A stretch of 64,000 nt of DNA from Octopus sinensis (GCF_006345805.1 NC_043026.1:5766001-5830000), one strand, 5' to 3'; positions 26,181 to 40,221 are shown, counted from the stretch's first letter. Notes: generated from the sequence alone by a model not told the origin. Numbers and translations are program-made.

Positions 26181-26479
26181 CCATCCACAGTTGGATGCAA
26201 AAGAAGTTACAGGTATCATCATCATCATCATTTAACATCCATTTTCCGCACTAGCATGGGTTGGACGGTTCGACCGAGGTCTGGGAAGCCAGGGGCTGCA
26301 CCAGGCTCCAGTCTTGATCTGGCAGTGTTTCTACAGCTGGATGCCCTTCCTAATGCCAACCACTCCGCGAATGTAGTGGGTGCTTTTTATGTGCCAGACG
26401 AAGCTGGCATCGGCCACGATCGGTTGGTGCTTTTAACGTGCCACCGGCACGGAAGAGGTCAGATTTTTTTTCTTTCTCC

Positions 26480-26840
26480 TAGGGAGATGTCTAAACAAAA
26501 GACTAGAGGACTCATCTGCCCAGCTGTTGAACGGCTGTCGACCCTGTGGAGTTCATCTGCATTTTGACCGGGTTTACTTTCCCCCAACAAATCCCATCCC
26601 CCCTTCATTACCAAACAGACTTGCTACTGTTGCAGGTTTAGTCATGGTTGCGGATCCGTGGAATAAGCTGCCGGACGAGATAGTGAAGATGCCGACGACC
26701 GCTCGGTTCAAAGTCCCCCTTGACCACAAATGGCCTGAACTCTTTACATGAACACCACCCTTTACATAACTCCATGTCCCCCTACATGGCCTTGCTTTTT
26801 GCTTTTTGAGCCAAAAACCTAACTTAACTTAACTTAACTA
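26480..26840 (+). mobile_element. Non-autonomous element: unexplained 5' part fused to the CR1 family 2 tail
   Basis: From gttgcggatccgtggaataagctgcc onward it matches 19760-19940 (minus). The same junction recurs at 22545-22635 (minus). Confidence 0.65.
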
Positions 26841-27026
26841 TGGTTGAGCTATCAACCACACATACACATGTGTGGTAAGTAGCTTGCTAACCAACCACAT
26901 GGTTGCAGGTTCAGTCCCACTGCGTGGCACCTTGGGCAAGTGTCTTCTGCTATAGCCCCGGGCCGACCAATGCCTTGTGAGTGGATTTGGTAGAAAGAAA
27001 ACTGAAAGAAGCCTGTCGTATATATG

Positions 27027-27057
<31 letters not shown>

Positions 27058-27273
27058 CCCCTAGCATTGCTTGACAACCGATGCTGGTGTGTTTATGTCC
27101 CCGTCACTTAGCGGTTCGGCAAAAGAGACCGATAGAATAAGTACTGGGCTTACAAAAAGAATAAGTCCCGGGGTCGATTTGATCGACTAAAGGGCGGTTG
27201 CTCCAGCATGGCCGCAGTCAAATGACTGAAACAAGTAAGAGTAAAGAGTATATGTATGTGTGTGTGTACATAC

Positions 27274-27327
<54 letters not shown>

Positions 27328-27989
27328 TATCATCATTTTGCATCCGCTTTCCATGCTAGCATGGGTTGGACGGTTTAACTGGGGTCGATTTGATCGACTA
27401 AAGGCGGTGCTCCAGCATGGCCGCAGTCAAATGACTGAAACAAAGTAAAAGAGATGATAATGATTTTGCTGGGAAGGTCAGCTTGACCACGGCCTGGTCA
27501 AGAGCTAAGCAACGACACCACTGCCACCTGGTCCCTTGGCGGCAGCTTATCACTGGCGCTTTCATCCTGTTGCGTGCATTTGGAACCAGGTGTAAAGGAC
27601 TATGGATGACTCAGTCCCTCCGTGTGTTGTCATCTCATCGCCTCCGAGTGCAGCAGGCATGTTGCTTGCGTGTACGCTCGTGCATTTACATGTCACAGTG
27701 TGTGTGTGTGTGGTCTCATTTGACTGTGTAAATGTGTGTGTGTTTTCTAGTTGTCTCTCCTCATATCTTTCCATTTGACATTGTGTGTGTGTGTATTTTA
27801 CTGTGTTTTTTTTTGGGGGGGGGGGTTCAATTTCTGTCTCTTTCAGTTTGACACTCCGCGAGAGAGAGAGAGAGAGAGAGAGAATGTGGTTTTTTGATAT
27901 CTGTCTGTCAATATCTCCTGATTTGACTGTGTGTCTCTGTGTATTTGTATTGATTTAATTCTGTGTGTGTCATTCGATTTCCAAGTATA

Positions 27990-28002
27990 CATATCATGTG
28001 AA

Positions 28003-28058
<56 letters not shown>

Positions 28059-28510
28059 CACATAACTCATCCGTGTGGTGTGTGTGTGTGTGTGTGTGTA
28101 CATAATGTGTATATATATGTACAGGGTGGTGTTCATACAAATGTGTGTGCATTTATATATATATATATATATATATAAATGCACACACACACACACATAC
28201 ATCTCTCTCTCTATCTATCTATCATATATATATATATATATATATACCCATCCAACCTATGCTAGCATGGAAAACGGCTGTTAAACGACGATGATGATAT
28301 ATATATAATACATGTACACACACACATTATACATACATACATACATATATATACCCATCCAACCTATGCTAGCATGGAAAATGGCCGTTAAACGATGATG
28401 ATGATATATATATATAATACATGTACAAACACACACATTATACATACATACATACATACATACATACATACATACACACATACACACATACACACACACC
28501 ACACACACAA

Positions 28511-28541
<31 letters not shown>

Positions 28542-28860
28542 AATACACATAAACACACATATACACACCACACACACACATACACACACACACACACATA
28601 CATCACATACATACAACACACACATACACACATACATACATACACACACACATACACACACATACACACACACACACACAACACACACACACACTACACA
28701 AACACCACACACACACACACACATATTCCCTCGGTATCTTCTGATTTGGCTGTATATGTGGGTGTCTATTGATTTGTGTGTGTGTATATATATATTATTT
28801 GTGTGTGTGTGTGTGTGTGTATGCATAAACACACAAGCATGTATGAAGGAGAGAGAGAGA
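27990..28860. repeat. TG/TA/CA microsatellite block with a local ~110-bp duplication of a family C tail
   Basis: cccatccaacctatgctagcatggaaaa..gttaaacga.gatgatgat occurs at ~28247 and ~28354. Confidence 0.85.
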
Positions 28861-29107
28861 GATCTTTCGATTTGACTGTATATGTTTTTCTCATTGTGTG
28901 TGAGTGTGTGTGACAGAAATGCTGTAAGCGTCAGTCATTCTCCACATAAAGACTCCAGCCATTGTGTTGAAATATTTAGGGCGTTGGTCTAGTTTATGAT
29001 CTGTGCGCTTGTGGAACAGTGTGTAAGTGTGATTATGTGACATTGTGTGTGTGGCTGTAGTAGTATTAGTAGTAATACTAGTACTCTGTGCATTTTAGAG
29101 TGTGGAA

Positions 29108-29141
<34 letters not shown>

Positions 29142-30061
29142 TACTCTGGGTGACACACACACACATCCAGTGCGAGGCTTACAGTTTTCTTACACGAGTA
29201 CATCTACATATGACCGTAACATAATGTGTATTGGTGGTTGTGGTGGTGGTGATGTTGGTGGAATGTAGCTGAGCAATGCCTATTGGGTGATACCATCAGG
29301 GAATATTGTGGCAGCACCAGTTATTAAAAAAAAAAAAAAACCACCACCAGCACTACTAATACTACTACACTACTACTACCATGATGTGTTGGTGATAGTG
29401 GTAGTACTGGTGTTATTACTACTACTACTGCTACTACTGTTACTACTACTATCACTATGGTGTGTTGGTATAGTTCTGTTATTTCTGCTACTACTTTTAC
29501 CATAACCACTGCCCTCACCACACCCACAGGCACCCAGCTTAAATGTCTCTCTCACTGTAGCCACTGTTAATTATTAAACTGGGTGTTGTTGTGTGACAGA
29601 TCTGTCTGTCTGTTTCTCTGTTGTGTGTGTGTAAATACAGATATATATATATATATATATATAGGCGCAGGAGTGGCTGTGTGGTAAGTAGCTTGCTAAC
29701 CAACCACATGGTTCCGGGTTCAGTCCCACTGCGTGGCATCTTGGGCAAGTGTCTTCTGCCTATAGCCTCGGGCCAACCAAAGCCTTGTGAGTGGATTGGT
29801 AGACGGAAACTGAAAGAAGCCTGTCGTATAATGTATATAATATTATCTATATGGGGTGGTGTGTTTGTGTGTCTGTGTTTGTCCCCCTAGCATGCTTGAC
29901 AACCGATGCTGTGGTTACGTCCCGTCACTTAGCGGTTCGGCAAAAGAGACTGATAGAATAAGTCCTGGGTCGATTTGCTCTACTAAAGGTGGTGCTCCAG
30001 CATGGCCGCAATCAAAATGACTGAAACAAGTAAAAGAGTATATATGTGTGTGTACATACAG

Positions 30062-30094
<33 letters not shown>

Positions 30095-30099
30095 TACAG

Positions 30100-30151
<52 letters not shown>

Positions 30152-30199
30152 TATATATATATATATATCTGTATGTACACACACATATATACACAACAG

Positions 30200-30440
30200 A
30201 GAAACAAGCATAGATTGGCATATTTCGGTCATATTATGCGGAGAAAATCCCTGGAGAAGGACATCATGCTCGGAATGGTAAGTGGCAAGAGAGGAAGAGG
30301 CCGACCAAGAACCCGCTGGCTCGACACCATCAAGAGTGATACCGGAATGGACATAGCCAATCTGAAAGAAGTGGCCCAGGATAGAACTGGCTGGAGGACA
30401 CTGATCCATCGAGTGACCGAGAGTCGACTTCGACTGAGCG

Positions 30441-30470
<30 letters not shown>
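30200..30470 (+). mobile_element. RTE-BovB-like LINE 3' end, well preserved, (GATA)n tail
   Basis: RLAYFGHIMRRKSLEKDIMLGMVSGKRGRGRPRTRWLDTIKSDTGMDIANLKEVAQDRTGWRTLIHRVTESRLRLSG*. Confidence 0.9.
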
Positions 30471-30472
<2 letters not shown>

Positions 30473-30867
30473 TATATACATACATGTTTGTGTATGAATG
30501 TATATTTGTGTGCGTCTATATGCACACACATGTAGGCGTGGCTGTGTGGTAAGAAGTTTGCTTCCCAACCACATGGTTTTAGGTTCAATCCCACTGCGTG
30601 GCATCTTGGGCAAGCGTCTTCTAATATAACTCTGTTCTAAGCAAAGCCTTGTGAATGGATTTGGTAGATGGAAACTGAAAGAAGCCCTTTGTTTATATCC
30701 ATAAACATAGACGTTGTGTGTGTATAAACACACACACGTATACATGTATTTGTGGTTGTCTTGCCTTGACATTGTGTTATAGTCGTAAATGAGTGTCACT
30801 GTTATACAAGCAGTGTAAGTCAGTTGGAATATTCTACAGAAACCTGTCTGACCATGGGGAAATACTA

Positions 30868-31230
30868 TTGGGTTGTCCGGAAAGTTTGTGCCGATTTTTA
30901 AAGGAAAGAAAAAGGGTCAATAAATACTTGCCATTACATTTTTAATCAACCAAATATGAACCATTCTGTTGCACAGTGCCCTCTCCATTTTTCCGTTAAC
31001 TTGAAAATACCCTCTTCCCAGAATTGAGGCAGTTTCATGGCAAAGAATTCATCAGGGTATCTTTTTACGTCATCCAAGGAATTGAAATTTTTACCATTAA
31101 GACTATTCTGCAGAGACCTGAATAAGTGGAAATCCGAAGGAGCAATATCTAGTGAATATGAAGGGTGGGGTAACACATCCCAGCCAAGCTGTAGCAATTT
31201 TTGTCTGGTTCCCAAAGCATCAAGTGCCGA
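30868..31230 (-). pseudogene. Mariner transposase 3' relic with one TIR
   Basis: LGWDVLPHPSYSLDIAPSDFHLFRSLQNSLNGKNF (YSPDLAPSD motif); TA + ttgggttgtccggaaagtttgtgccgattt terminus at 30866. Confidence 0.92.
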
Positions 31231-31859
31231 AAATGAACTTTCTTATCTTCCATTAAGTAATATTGTTTCGCTTCATTGCTGTAATGTACTACAGAACAAG
31301 ATTAACATATCAATAATTTAATATTTGTGCTAGTTGCCAAGAAAGTGTTACACAGCATCAGACCAATTATCTGGCAAGATTGGTACCGGAAGTGTCCAGG
31401 TTTCTGGATTTTTGGTTTTCTGGAGACAACTTAAAATAATAATAATAATCATCATCATCATCATCATCATTTAGCATCCGCTTTCCATGCTAGCATGGGT
31501 TGGACGGTTCAACTGGGGTCTGTGAAGCCAGAAGGCTGCATCAGGCCCAGTCTGATCTGGCAGCGCTGGCAACGGTCACGAACGGATGGTGCTTTTTACG
31601 TGCCACCGGCACAGGGGCCGGGCGGGGCTGGCAAACGGCCATGAACGGATGGTGCTTTTTACGAGTCACCAGCACGGAGGCCAGTCAGGGCGGCGCTGGC
31701 AACGGCCACGATCGGATGGTTCACTTACTTGTTACCGGCATGGTATCACAGCCGCCAATTTCCATTGATGTTGATTGACTTGATTTGGATACTACTTTTG
31801 ATATCTGATTTGATTTGATTTGGTTTGATTGATTTTGATTTGGGAGAATGAAAATAATA

Positions 31860-32745
31860 ATAATAATAATGAAATTATTGTATCAGGTGCTCAGGTGCAC
31901 CACAACTTGTCAAGAGTGTGTATAAAGCATATGCAGTAATGTACAAAGTCTGGGACGTGAACAGTGTATGAGTCAGATACATGCTTGCGTGTGTATGGAG
32001 GGAGAAATCAGGGTAGTGTTGGCGAATCTCAGGAAGCATGGAAGTTCGAAGGATGCGTGCTCCAACAATTAATAACTGATGCTGGCAGTTGTTCCATGCT
32101 TCAGCAACTTCAGTGTGAAAAAATTTCCTAAAAGTCATGGGAGCGTGCTGCTTGTTTTCTGACTTTGTAATATGTCCACGGGTGTTAGACAGGTGGAGTT
32201 TGAAAAGGTTCTGATAGTTATCCAAATAATTCCTTTTTCTTAATGTACAAATGTCTGGGAGAAACAGTGTATGAGTCAGATACATGCTTGCGTGTGTATG
32301 GAGGGGGGAGAAATCAGGTGTAGTGTTGGCGAATCTCAGGAAGCATGGAAGTTTCGAAGGATGCAGTGCTCCGACAACTAAACAAACTGATGCTGGCAGT
32401 TTGTTCCATGCTCAGCAACTCAGCGTGTGAAAAAAATGTTTCTGAAAGTCATGGGAGCTGTGCTGTTTTCTGACTTTGTAAATATGTCCACGGGTGTTAG
32501 ACAGGTGGAGTTTGAAAAGGTGCTCAGAGTTATTGTTTGTAAGATGGTTGATAATTTTATGGGGGTCTGCCAAGTCAGCTGCCAGACGTCGGAGTTTCAA
32601 TGTGTCCATGCCCAGGGAAGTAAGGCATTCAGAATATGGCAAATGCTTGATGGGATCTATTCCCTTGGTTGCACGTCGCTGAACGGCTTCCAAACGATTA
32701 ATATCATGGGCAAGACAGGGGTGATGCAAATTCCAGGTGAGGTGT
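31860..32745 (-). mobile_element. CR1 family 1 3' end with reiterated terminal fragments
   Basis: ORF 32412..32729 INRLEAVQRRATK...LKLRRLAADL...RKQHSSHDF; repeated 3' pieces; (TAA)n tail. Confidence 0.85.
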
Positions 32746-33409
32746 GTCTATGTTTGTCCCCCAACATCGCTTGGCAACCGATGGTGGTGTGTTTACATGA
32801 TTCGGCAAAAGGGGCCGACAGAATAAGTACTAGGCTTACAAAGAATAAGTCTGGGGTCGATTGCTCGACTAAAGGTGATGCTCCAGCATGGCCACATCAA
32901 ATGACTGAAGTAAAAGAGGACCGATAGAATAAGTACTAGGCTTACAAAGAATAAGTCCTGGTCGATTTGCTCGTAAAGGCGGTGCTCCAGCATGGCCACA
33001 GTAAATGACTGAAACAAGTAAAAGAGACCAATAGAATGAGTACTAGGCTACAAAGAATAAGTCCTGGGGTCGATTTGCTTGACTAAAGGTGATGCTCCAG
33101 CATGGCCATAGTCAAATGACTGAAACAAGTAAAAGAGTAACTAATACAATATTACTTAAGATAATAAAAATTGTGAATTTTTATTATATTCATTAAATAT
33201 AGTTTCCGGTATAAATTAATATTATTAAGAAATATATACAGGAGTTGCTGTGTGGTAAGTAGCTTGCTTACCAACCACATGGTTCCGGGTTCAGTCCCAC
33301 TGCGTGGCATCTTGGGCAAGTGTCTTCTGCTATAGCTCCGGGCCGACCAATGTCTTGTGAGTGGATTTGGTAGACGGAAACTGAAAGAAGCCTGTCATAT
33401 ATATGTATG

Positions 33410-33442
<33 letters not shown>

Positions 33443-33853
33443 CTGTGTTTGTCCCCCTAGCATTGCTTGATAACCGATGCTGGTGTGTTTATGTCCCCGT
33501 CACTTAGTGGTTTGGCAAAAGAGACCGATAGAATAAGTACTGGTTTAGAAAGAATAAGTCCCAGGGTCGATTTGCTCGACTAAAGGCGGTGCTCCAGCAT
33601 GGCCGCAGTCAAATAACTGAAACCAGTAAAAGAGTAAAGAGTAACGCCTGGTCTGGGAATCGAAACTGCGATCCTCCGATTGCGAGCCCGCTGCCCTAAC
33701 CACTGGGCCATTTGCGCCTCCTTGTTGCTCTTGCTGGCTTGTGTGGTGCCATTCCTGTGTTGTGTTAAGGCTGGAGAGGAGCTGCCTGTCGCAAAGTATA
33801 TACGATAAAAGATGGGAAAAAGTGGCTTATATGATGAGAATAAATGTAGCTAC

Positions 33854-34332
33854 TTAACCCTTTTGATACCAACCTGGTTGAAACCACCTCTGTCTCTGAA
33901 TAAAAATGTCTTGTTTTCATAAGTTTTGTATTAAAATATACTACCAAACCTTAGTCACAATTTATTTCCTAACACTAGCTGAATGGTAACTAAGTTATTT
34001 TACTAAATTCTTTGTTATATTTAAAATAATTGAAAGAAACACAGAGCATCTCAACAGAAATATGGTAACAAAAGGGTTAAAATATATAATAGAGAAACAA
34101 TTCTTAACCCTTTCGATACCAACCTGGTTGAAACCACCTCTGACTCTGTAGTACAAATGTCTTGTTTTCATAAGTTTTGAATTAAAATCATCCACCAAAC
34201 CTTAGTCACAATTTATGTTCCTAATACTAGCTTAATGGTAATTAAGTTATTTTACTAAATTCTTTGTTATATTTAAAATAATTGAAAGAAACACAGAGCA
34301 TCTCAAAATAAATACAGTAACGAAAGGGTTAA
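33854..34332. mobile_element. TTAA MITE dimer, copy 2 (opposite orientation to copy 1)
   Basis: TTAA at 33854, 34077, 34104 and 34329; spacer aatatataatagagaaacaattc is the exact reverse complement of the copy 1 spacer. Confidence 0.8.
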
Positions 34333-34734
34333 GGAAAGGCAAAATACAGTAACGAAAGGGTTAATGAAAGGCAAAAGGAGTAATGAAAGGTTCAGTGATG
34401 GATCATGGTCTGTGGGGTTCACACCCATTCATCACCATATTTTTCATTATTTATTTAATTTTATATTTTTATAAGATCACCTGTTAATCATTCGGAGCGA
34501 ATCCCCTCAACCCCTTGTCTGTCCCCTCTGTGTTTTTGGCCTTTATGGCTGTAATATAATCGATTCCTGTGTCGTGTTGTGCTGTGTTAGGTGTGAGGGT
34601 TGTGGTGGTGGTGTCGTGTGAGGCGGCGAATGTTGTTGTTCTTCCGAACTTCCGCTGGCCCAATCTGCTAAAAGACAAATCTTGGCAGAATGTCCAGTAT
34701 CCACTTATTTTAAACATCTGGCACCTTCCATTAA

Positions 34735-35450
34735 ACACACACACACACATATTGTCTATGTCTGTCTGTATATCTATGTATCTATCTGTCTGTTTATGAT
34801 CAAATACGCACACACTAAGAGGAATGTGTATCTGTGTATGTATGTATGTGTGTCTGTAAATATATATATATACATTATACATATATATATAGTATATCAT
34901 ATACATATATATAATATATATATACACATCATATATACATATATTATATATATATACACATACATATATATATTATATACACTACATATATATATATATA
35001 TATACACATACATATATATATATAATATATATAATATACACATATATATATATATATCACATATATATATATATACACATACATATATATATAACACATA
35101 TAATATATATATAATATACACACACATACATATACATACATATACATACATACATATACATACATATACATACATACATATACATACATATATATATCCA
35201 TACATATATATATCATATATAACACACATATATATATACACACATATATATATTACACACATATATATATATATATATATACACATATATATACACACAT
35301 ATATATACACACATATATATATACACATATATATATACACACATATATATATACACATATATATATACATACATATATATATACACATATATATATATAC
35401 ACACATATATATACATATATATATATATACACACATATATATATACACTA

Positions 35451-35482
<32 letters not shown>

Positions 35483-35600
35483 TCTCGCTCATAGATATAT
35501 CTGCACACATTTTCTTCTCTTTTTTCCTTCTCTCTATATACACACATAGATGTGTGTGTATATATTTATGATCATATATACACACACACACATGCATGCA
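34735..35600. repeat. (TA)/(CA) microsatellite block
   Basis: Directly visible. Confidence 0.9.
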
Positions 35601-36165
35601 TCTATACATATCTCTTTTGCTTTCATATTCACATACATGTATACACACACGCACATAAAAAGTATATTTATGTCTATGCATATTAGTTGAATCCAGAACA
35701 ACAATAGATAAACGGAAACCATGTGAAGTACTTATTGTCTAGTCATAATTACTATACATACTCCACACATTTCCTTATTTCATATCACAATTTGGTGAAC
35801 AATAGCACCGTTGCTTACAACTTTTCATCAGGAGCGGGCATGGTCGGGTGGTCAAGAGGTGCACTTCCAAACCACGGGGTTTCAGGTTCTGTCCCCACTG
35901 TGTGGCACCTTGGGTAAGTGTCTTCTACAATAGCCCTGGGCCTCCTAATTCTTGTGAGTGGATTTGGTTGATGGAAACTGAAAGAAGCCTTGTCAAATAT
36001 ATAAATGTAAATATGTGTGTGTATCATCATCGTTTAACTTCTGTTTACCATGCTTGCATGGTTGTGGGTGGTTTGACAGGGGCTGGTAAAGCAAGGGGCT
36101 GCACCAGGCTCCATTGTATGTTGACAGTACATGATAGCACCTGGATAATATATCCCTCTAAACCC

Positions 36166-36205
<40 letters not shown>

Positions 36206-36407
36206 TGGGTTTAGAGGGATATATATATACTCTTTTACTTGTTTCAGTCATTTGACTGTGGCCATGCTTGAGCACCGCCTTTAGTCAAGCAAATCGCCCC
36301 TGGGATTTAGTCTTTGTAAGCCTAGTACTTATTCTATCGGTCTCTTTTGCCAAACGGCTAAGTGACGGGGGACGTAAACACACCAGCATCGGTTAAACAT
36401 ACACACG

Positions 36408-36449
<42 letters not shown>

Positions 36450-36948
36450 TACGACGGGCTTCTTTCAGTTTCCATCTACCACAGTCACTCACAAGGCTTT
36501 GGTTGGCCCGAGGCTATAGTAGAAGACACTTGCCCAAGATGCCACGCAGTGGGACTGAACCGGGAATCATGTGATTGGTAAACAAGCTACTTACCACACA
36601 GTCACTCCTGCACCTATATATATATATATATATATATAGTTATGGTATATTCTGTTAAGAACAAAGCAGAATACACTATAAAGCCTGTCCACCTTCAGAT
36701 TTCACTCTGTGCTATCTAGTAGTAGTATTATACCTACTTTCAAGTATAATATATATATATATTTACATTTGTATAAGTATACCTATGTACATATACACAC
36801 ACGCATGTATGTATGCATTTAGCACACATGTACACCTGGTTACAAGCATATAATTTCATAAACATAGACCTTTTTGCTTTTTTAATATATAGTAAATATG
36901 TACATGTAAGTTTGCATGTATAATTTTGTACCCTCTCCATATACCTAC

Positions 36949-36981
<33 letters not shown>

Positions 36982-37304
36982 ATAAAAACTTACTTGGCTT
37001 CAAAACACGCATTGAGTCGAACCAGGGGCAGCTGATGAAGGGGAATTTTCCTTGTATTGTTTGTCCTGTACTCTGTTTTTTCGTTGTTAAAAAAAGTCCG
37101 TTTCCTTGTTTGATTTTATGTTTTCGTTTCTCGTTATGTTCTACAGGTATGTATGCATATTTTTTATTTATTAAATTGTTATTATATATGTATATATATC
37201 TTTGCATTTGTGTAAGTATATATACAGTTGTGTGTGTACATAATTATATAAACGTTATAGGCATGCATATAATAATTCTTTTTTTGTTTTTTATTTTATT
37301 ACAG

Positions 37305-37365
37305 GAATTGATTTTAAAATAAAAACTGTTGAATTAGGAGGAAAAAAGATTAAGTTACAAATATG
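37305..37365 (+). CDS. Rab10: Rab10 small GTPase, internal coding exon (equivalent to human exon 2), 61 bp
   Basis: T-rich tract + ACAG|GAATTGAT...ATATG|GTAAG. Encodes (G)[19 protein letters not shown](W); phase 1 start and phase 2 end fit the next exon. Confidence 0.95.
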
Positions 37366-38379
37366 GTAAGTATTAAATTTTTATGAATTATTTTTGGCTT
37401 TTTTATTATTTTTTATCCTTTACTTGTTTCAGTCATTGATCTGTGGCCATTCTGGGGCACTGCCTAGAAGGGGTTAGTCAAACAAAATCAACCCCAGTAT
37501 TTATTGGTTTGTTTTGCCAAACTGCTACTTTATGGGTCATAAACAAACCAACACTGGTTCTCAAGCAGTGTAATGAGACACATTACACACATGCGCGCAC
37601 ACACATGCTCAACAGGCTTCTTTCAGTTTCCATCTCCCAAATCCACTCACAAGGTTTGGTCTGCTCAGGGTTGTAGTAGAAGGTCCCTTGCCCAAGGTGC
37701 CACACAGTGGGACTGAACCTATGACTACATGATTGGGAAGCAAGCTTATCATCTATGCAGCCCCTTTTTTTTCTTTATATATGTATATATATATATGTAT
37801 ATAATTAATCAATATAGGGTGGCAAAAAATTTTGTAGAATTTTTTTGTCACCAGCGGCCTAGTGGGAAAAAATTAAATAGTCATAGACCATTTATAAGTT
37901 CAACATCACAATCAAGGAACGGCCATAATAGGCCATTCACCCACTAGAAATAACAGCCAAAGCTTCAATCGCAAAATAACATTAATTCCGCAAATCCGGA
38001 GAAAATTAAAAAAACATTTACCCTGTAATTTCTTATACGATGCACCGTTTCATCTACTGTTTAATGGTAAACTAACCTGATTAAATTAAATCAAGCCAAT
38101 CTTCCATAGGCCCTTAGATTCGTCAGTAAGAAATAGCCAGATCGGAACAGATATTTTCACGAGGCACTTCTGTCCCTGCCTCGGCAATATCTGACCTAAG
38201 ATTTTCAAATCATCGCACTCGCGCCCAATTTATCGGCAGCAATAAATATAAGCCGCCGATTCCATTACGGAATTAACCAGAAAATTCATAATTAATCAAT
38301 ATAGGGTGGCAAAAAAAATTTTGTAGAATTTTTTTGCCACCAGCGGCCTAGTGGGAAAAAATTAATAGTCATAGACCTA

Positions 38380-39450
38380 TATTTTATTTATATGTATATG
38401 TATATACATATATATGTATATATATTTATATATGTATATGTATATAATATTTATATATGTGTATATATATTTATATATGTGTATATATATATTTATATGT
38501 GTATATATATATTTTATATAGTATATATATATATTTATATGTGTATATATATATTTATATATGTTATATATATATTTATATATGATATATATATATATTA
38601 ATATATGTATATATTATATTAGATATGTATATATATTATTTATATATGTATATATATAATATTATTTATATATGTGTATATCTATATATATTTATATTGT
38701 ATTATATATATATTTATATATGTAGATATATATATATATATTTATATATGTATATATCTATATTTATATATGTATATATATATATTTATATATGTTAATA
38801 TAATATTTATATATTTGTATATATATTTTATATGTATATATATATATTTATATATTATATATATATATATATTTTATTATGTATATATATATGTATATAT
38901 TTATATATGTGTGTATATATATATATTTTATATGGTGTGGTATATATATATATTTATATATGTGTGTATATTATATTTTAATATGTGTGTATATATCTAT
39001 ATTTCTATATGTGTGTATAGATATCTATTTATATGTTGTGTATATATATATATTTATATGTGTGTATATATATATATTTATATATGTGTGTATATATATA
39101 TATTTATATATGTGTGTATATATATATATTTATATATGTGTGTATATATATATATTTATATATGTGTGTATATATATATATTTATATATGTGTGTTATAT
39201 ATATATTTATATATGTGTGTATATATATATATTTATATATGTGTATATTATATATATTTATATTGTGTGTTATATATATATTTTCTATGTATATATATAT
39301 ATTTATATATGTTATATATATATTTATATATGTGTGTATTATATATATATTTATATATGTGTGTATATATATTATTTATATATGTGTTATATTATATAAT
39401 TTATATATGTATATATATATATATTTGTATATGTGGTGTATATATATATA
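38380..39450. repeat. ~1-kb degenerate TATATATATTTATATATGTG minisatellite
   Basis: Directly visible; source of the YIYIC ORFs. Confidence 0.9.
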
Positions 39451-39452
39451 TA

Positions 39453-39954
39453 CCGTAAATCCTCGAGTATAATCTGCATTTTTTCCCCAAAATTAAAAGG
39501 TCAAAATCCCTAGTGCGTACTACATACGAGGTTAAAAATGAAAATTATTTTCTAAGCAATGTCCGAGTCTCTATTTGCTGTCCGGCAATGTTTATTCCGA
39601 CGCATTTTGTGATGTCGGGCGTGAAAATACCTGAAGCTAAGCCTGAAAGCAATGAAGTCATAAAAGAATCATCCATAACTTGCAGTTAGCAACATTTATT
39701 AAACGTTATTACTGTTATTTCTTTATTTTCTGCAAACAAAATGCACAAAAAAGCTACACGTTTGCATTATGTTATATATACAATAATAATAAAGGACATT
39801 ACCATATACATTTTTACAAACCACGGACGTTATATAGTCCTCTTTGACTCAAGTTAGACAAGGGGTGTGTATTATACACAAGGGTTAGGTTTTTCAGAAG
39901 TACAGCCCCTTAAAAATCCCCTGTGTATTATACTCAAGGGTGGAGGATTTACGG
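39453..39954. mobile_element. TA-flanked MITE (Tc1/mariner-pogo type)
   Basis: TA-ccgtaaatcctcgagtataat ... attatactcaagggtggaggatttacgg-TA. Confidence 0.8.
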
Positions 39955-40176
39955 TATATTCTCTCTCTTACTCTTTTACTTGTTTCAGTCATTTGACTGC
40001 GGCCATGCTGGAGCACCGCCTTTAATCGAGCAACTCAACCCCGGGACTTATTCTTTTGTAAGCCTAGTACTTATCCTATCGGTCTCTTTTGCCGAACCGC
40101 TAAGTAACGGGGATGTAAACACACCAGCATCGGTTGTCAAGCAATGCTAGGGGGACAAACACAGACACACAAACAG

Positions 40177-40221
<45 letters not shown>

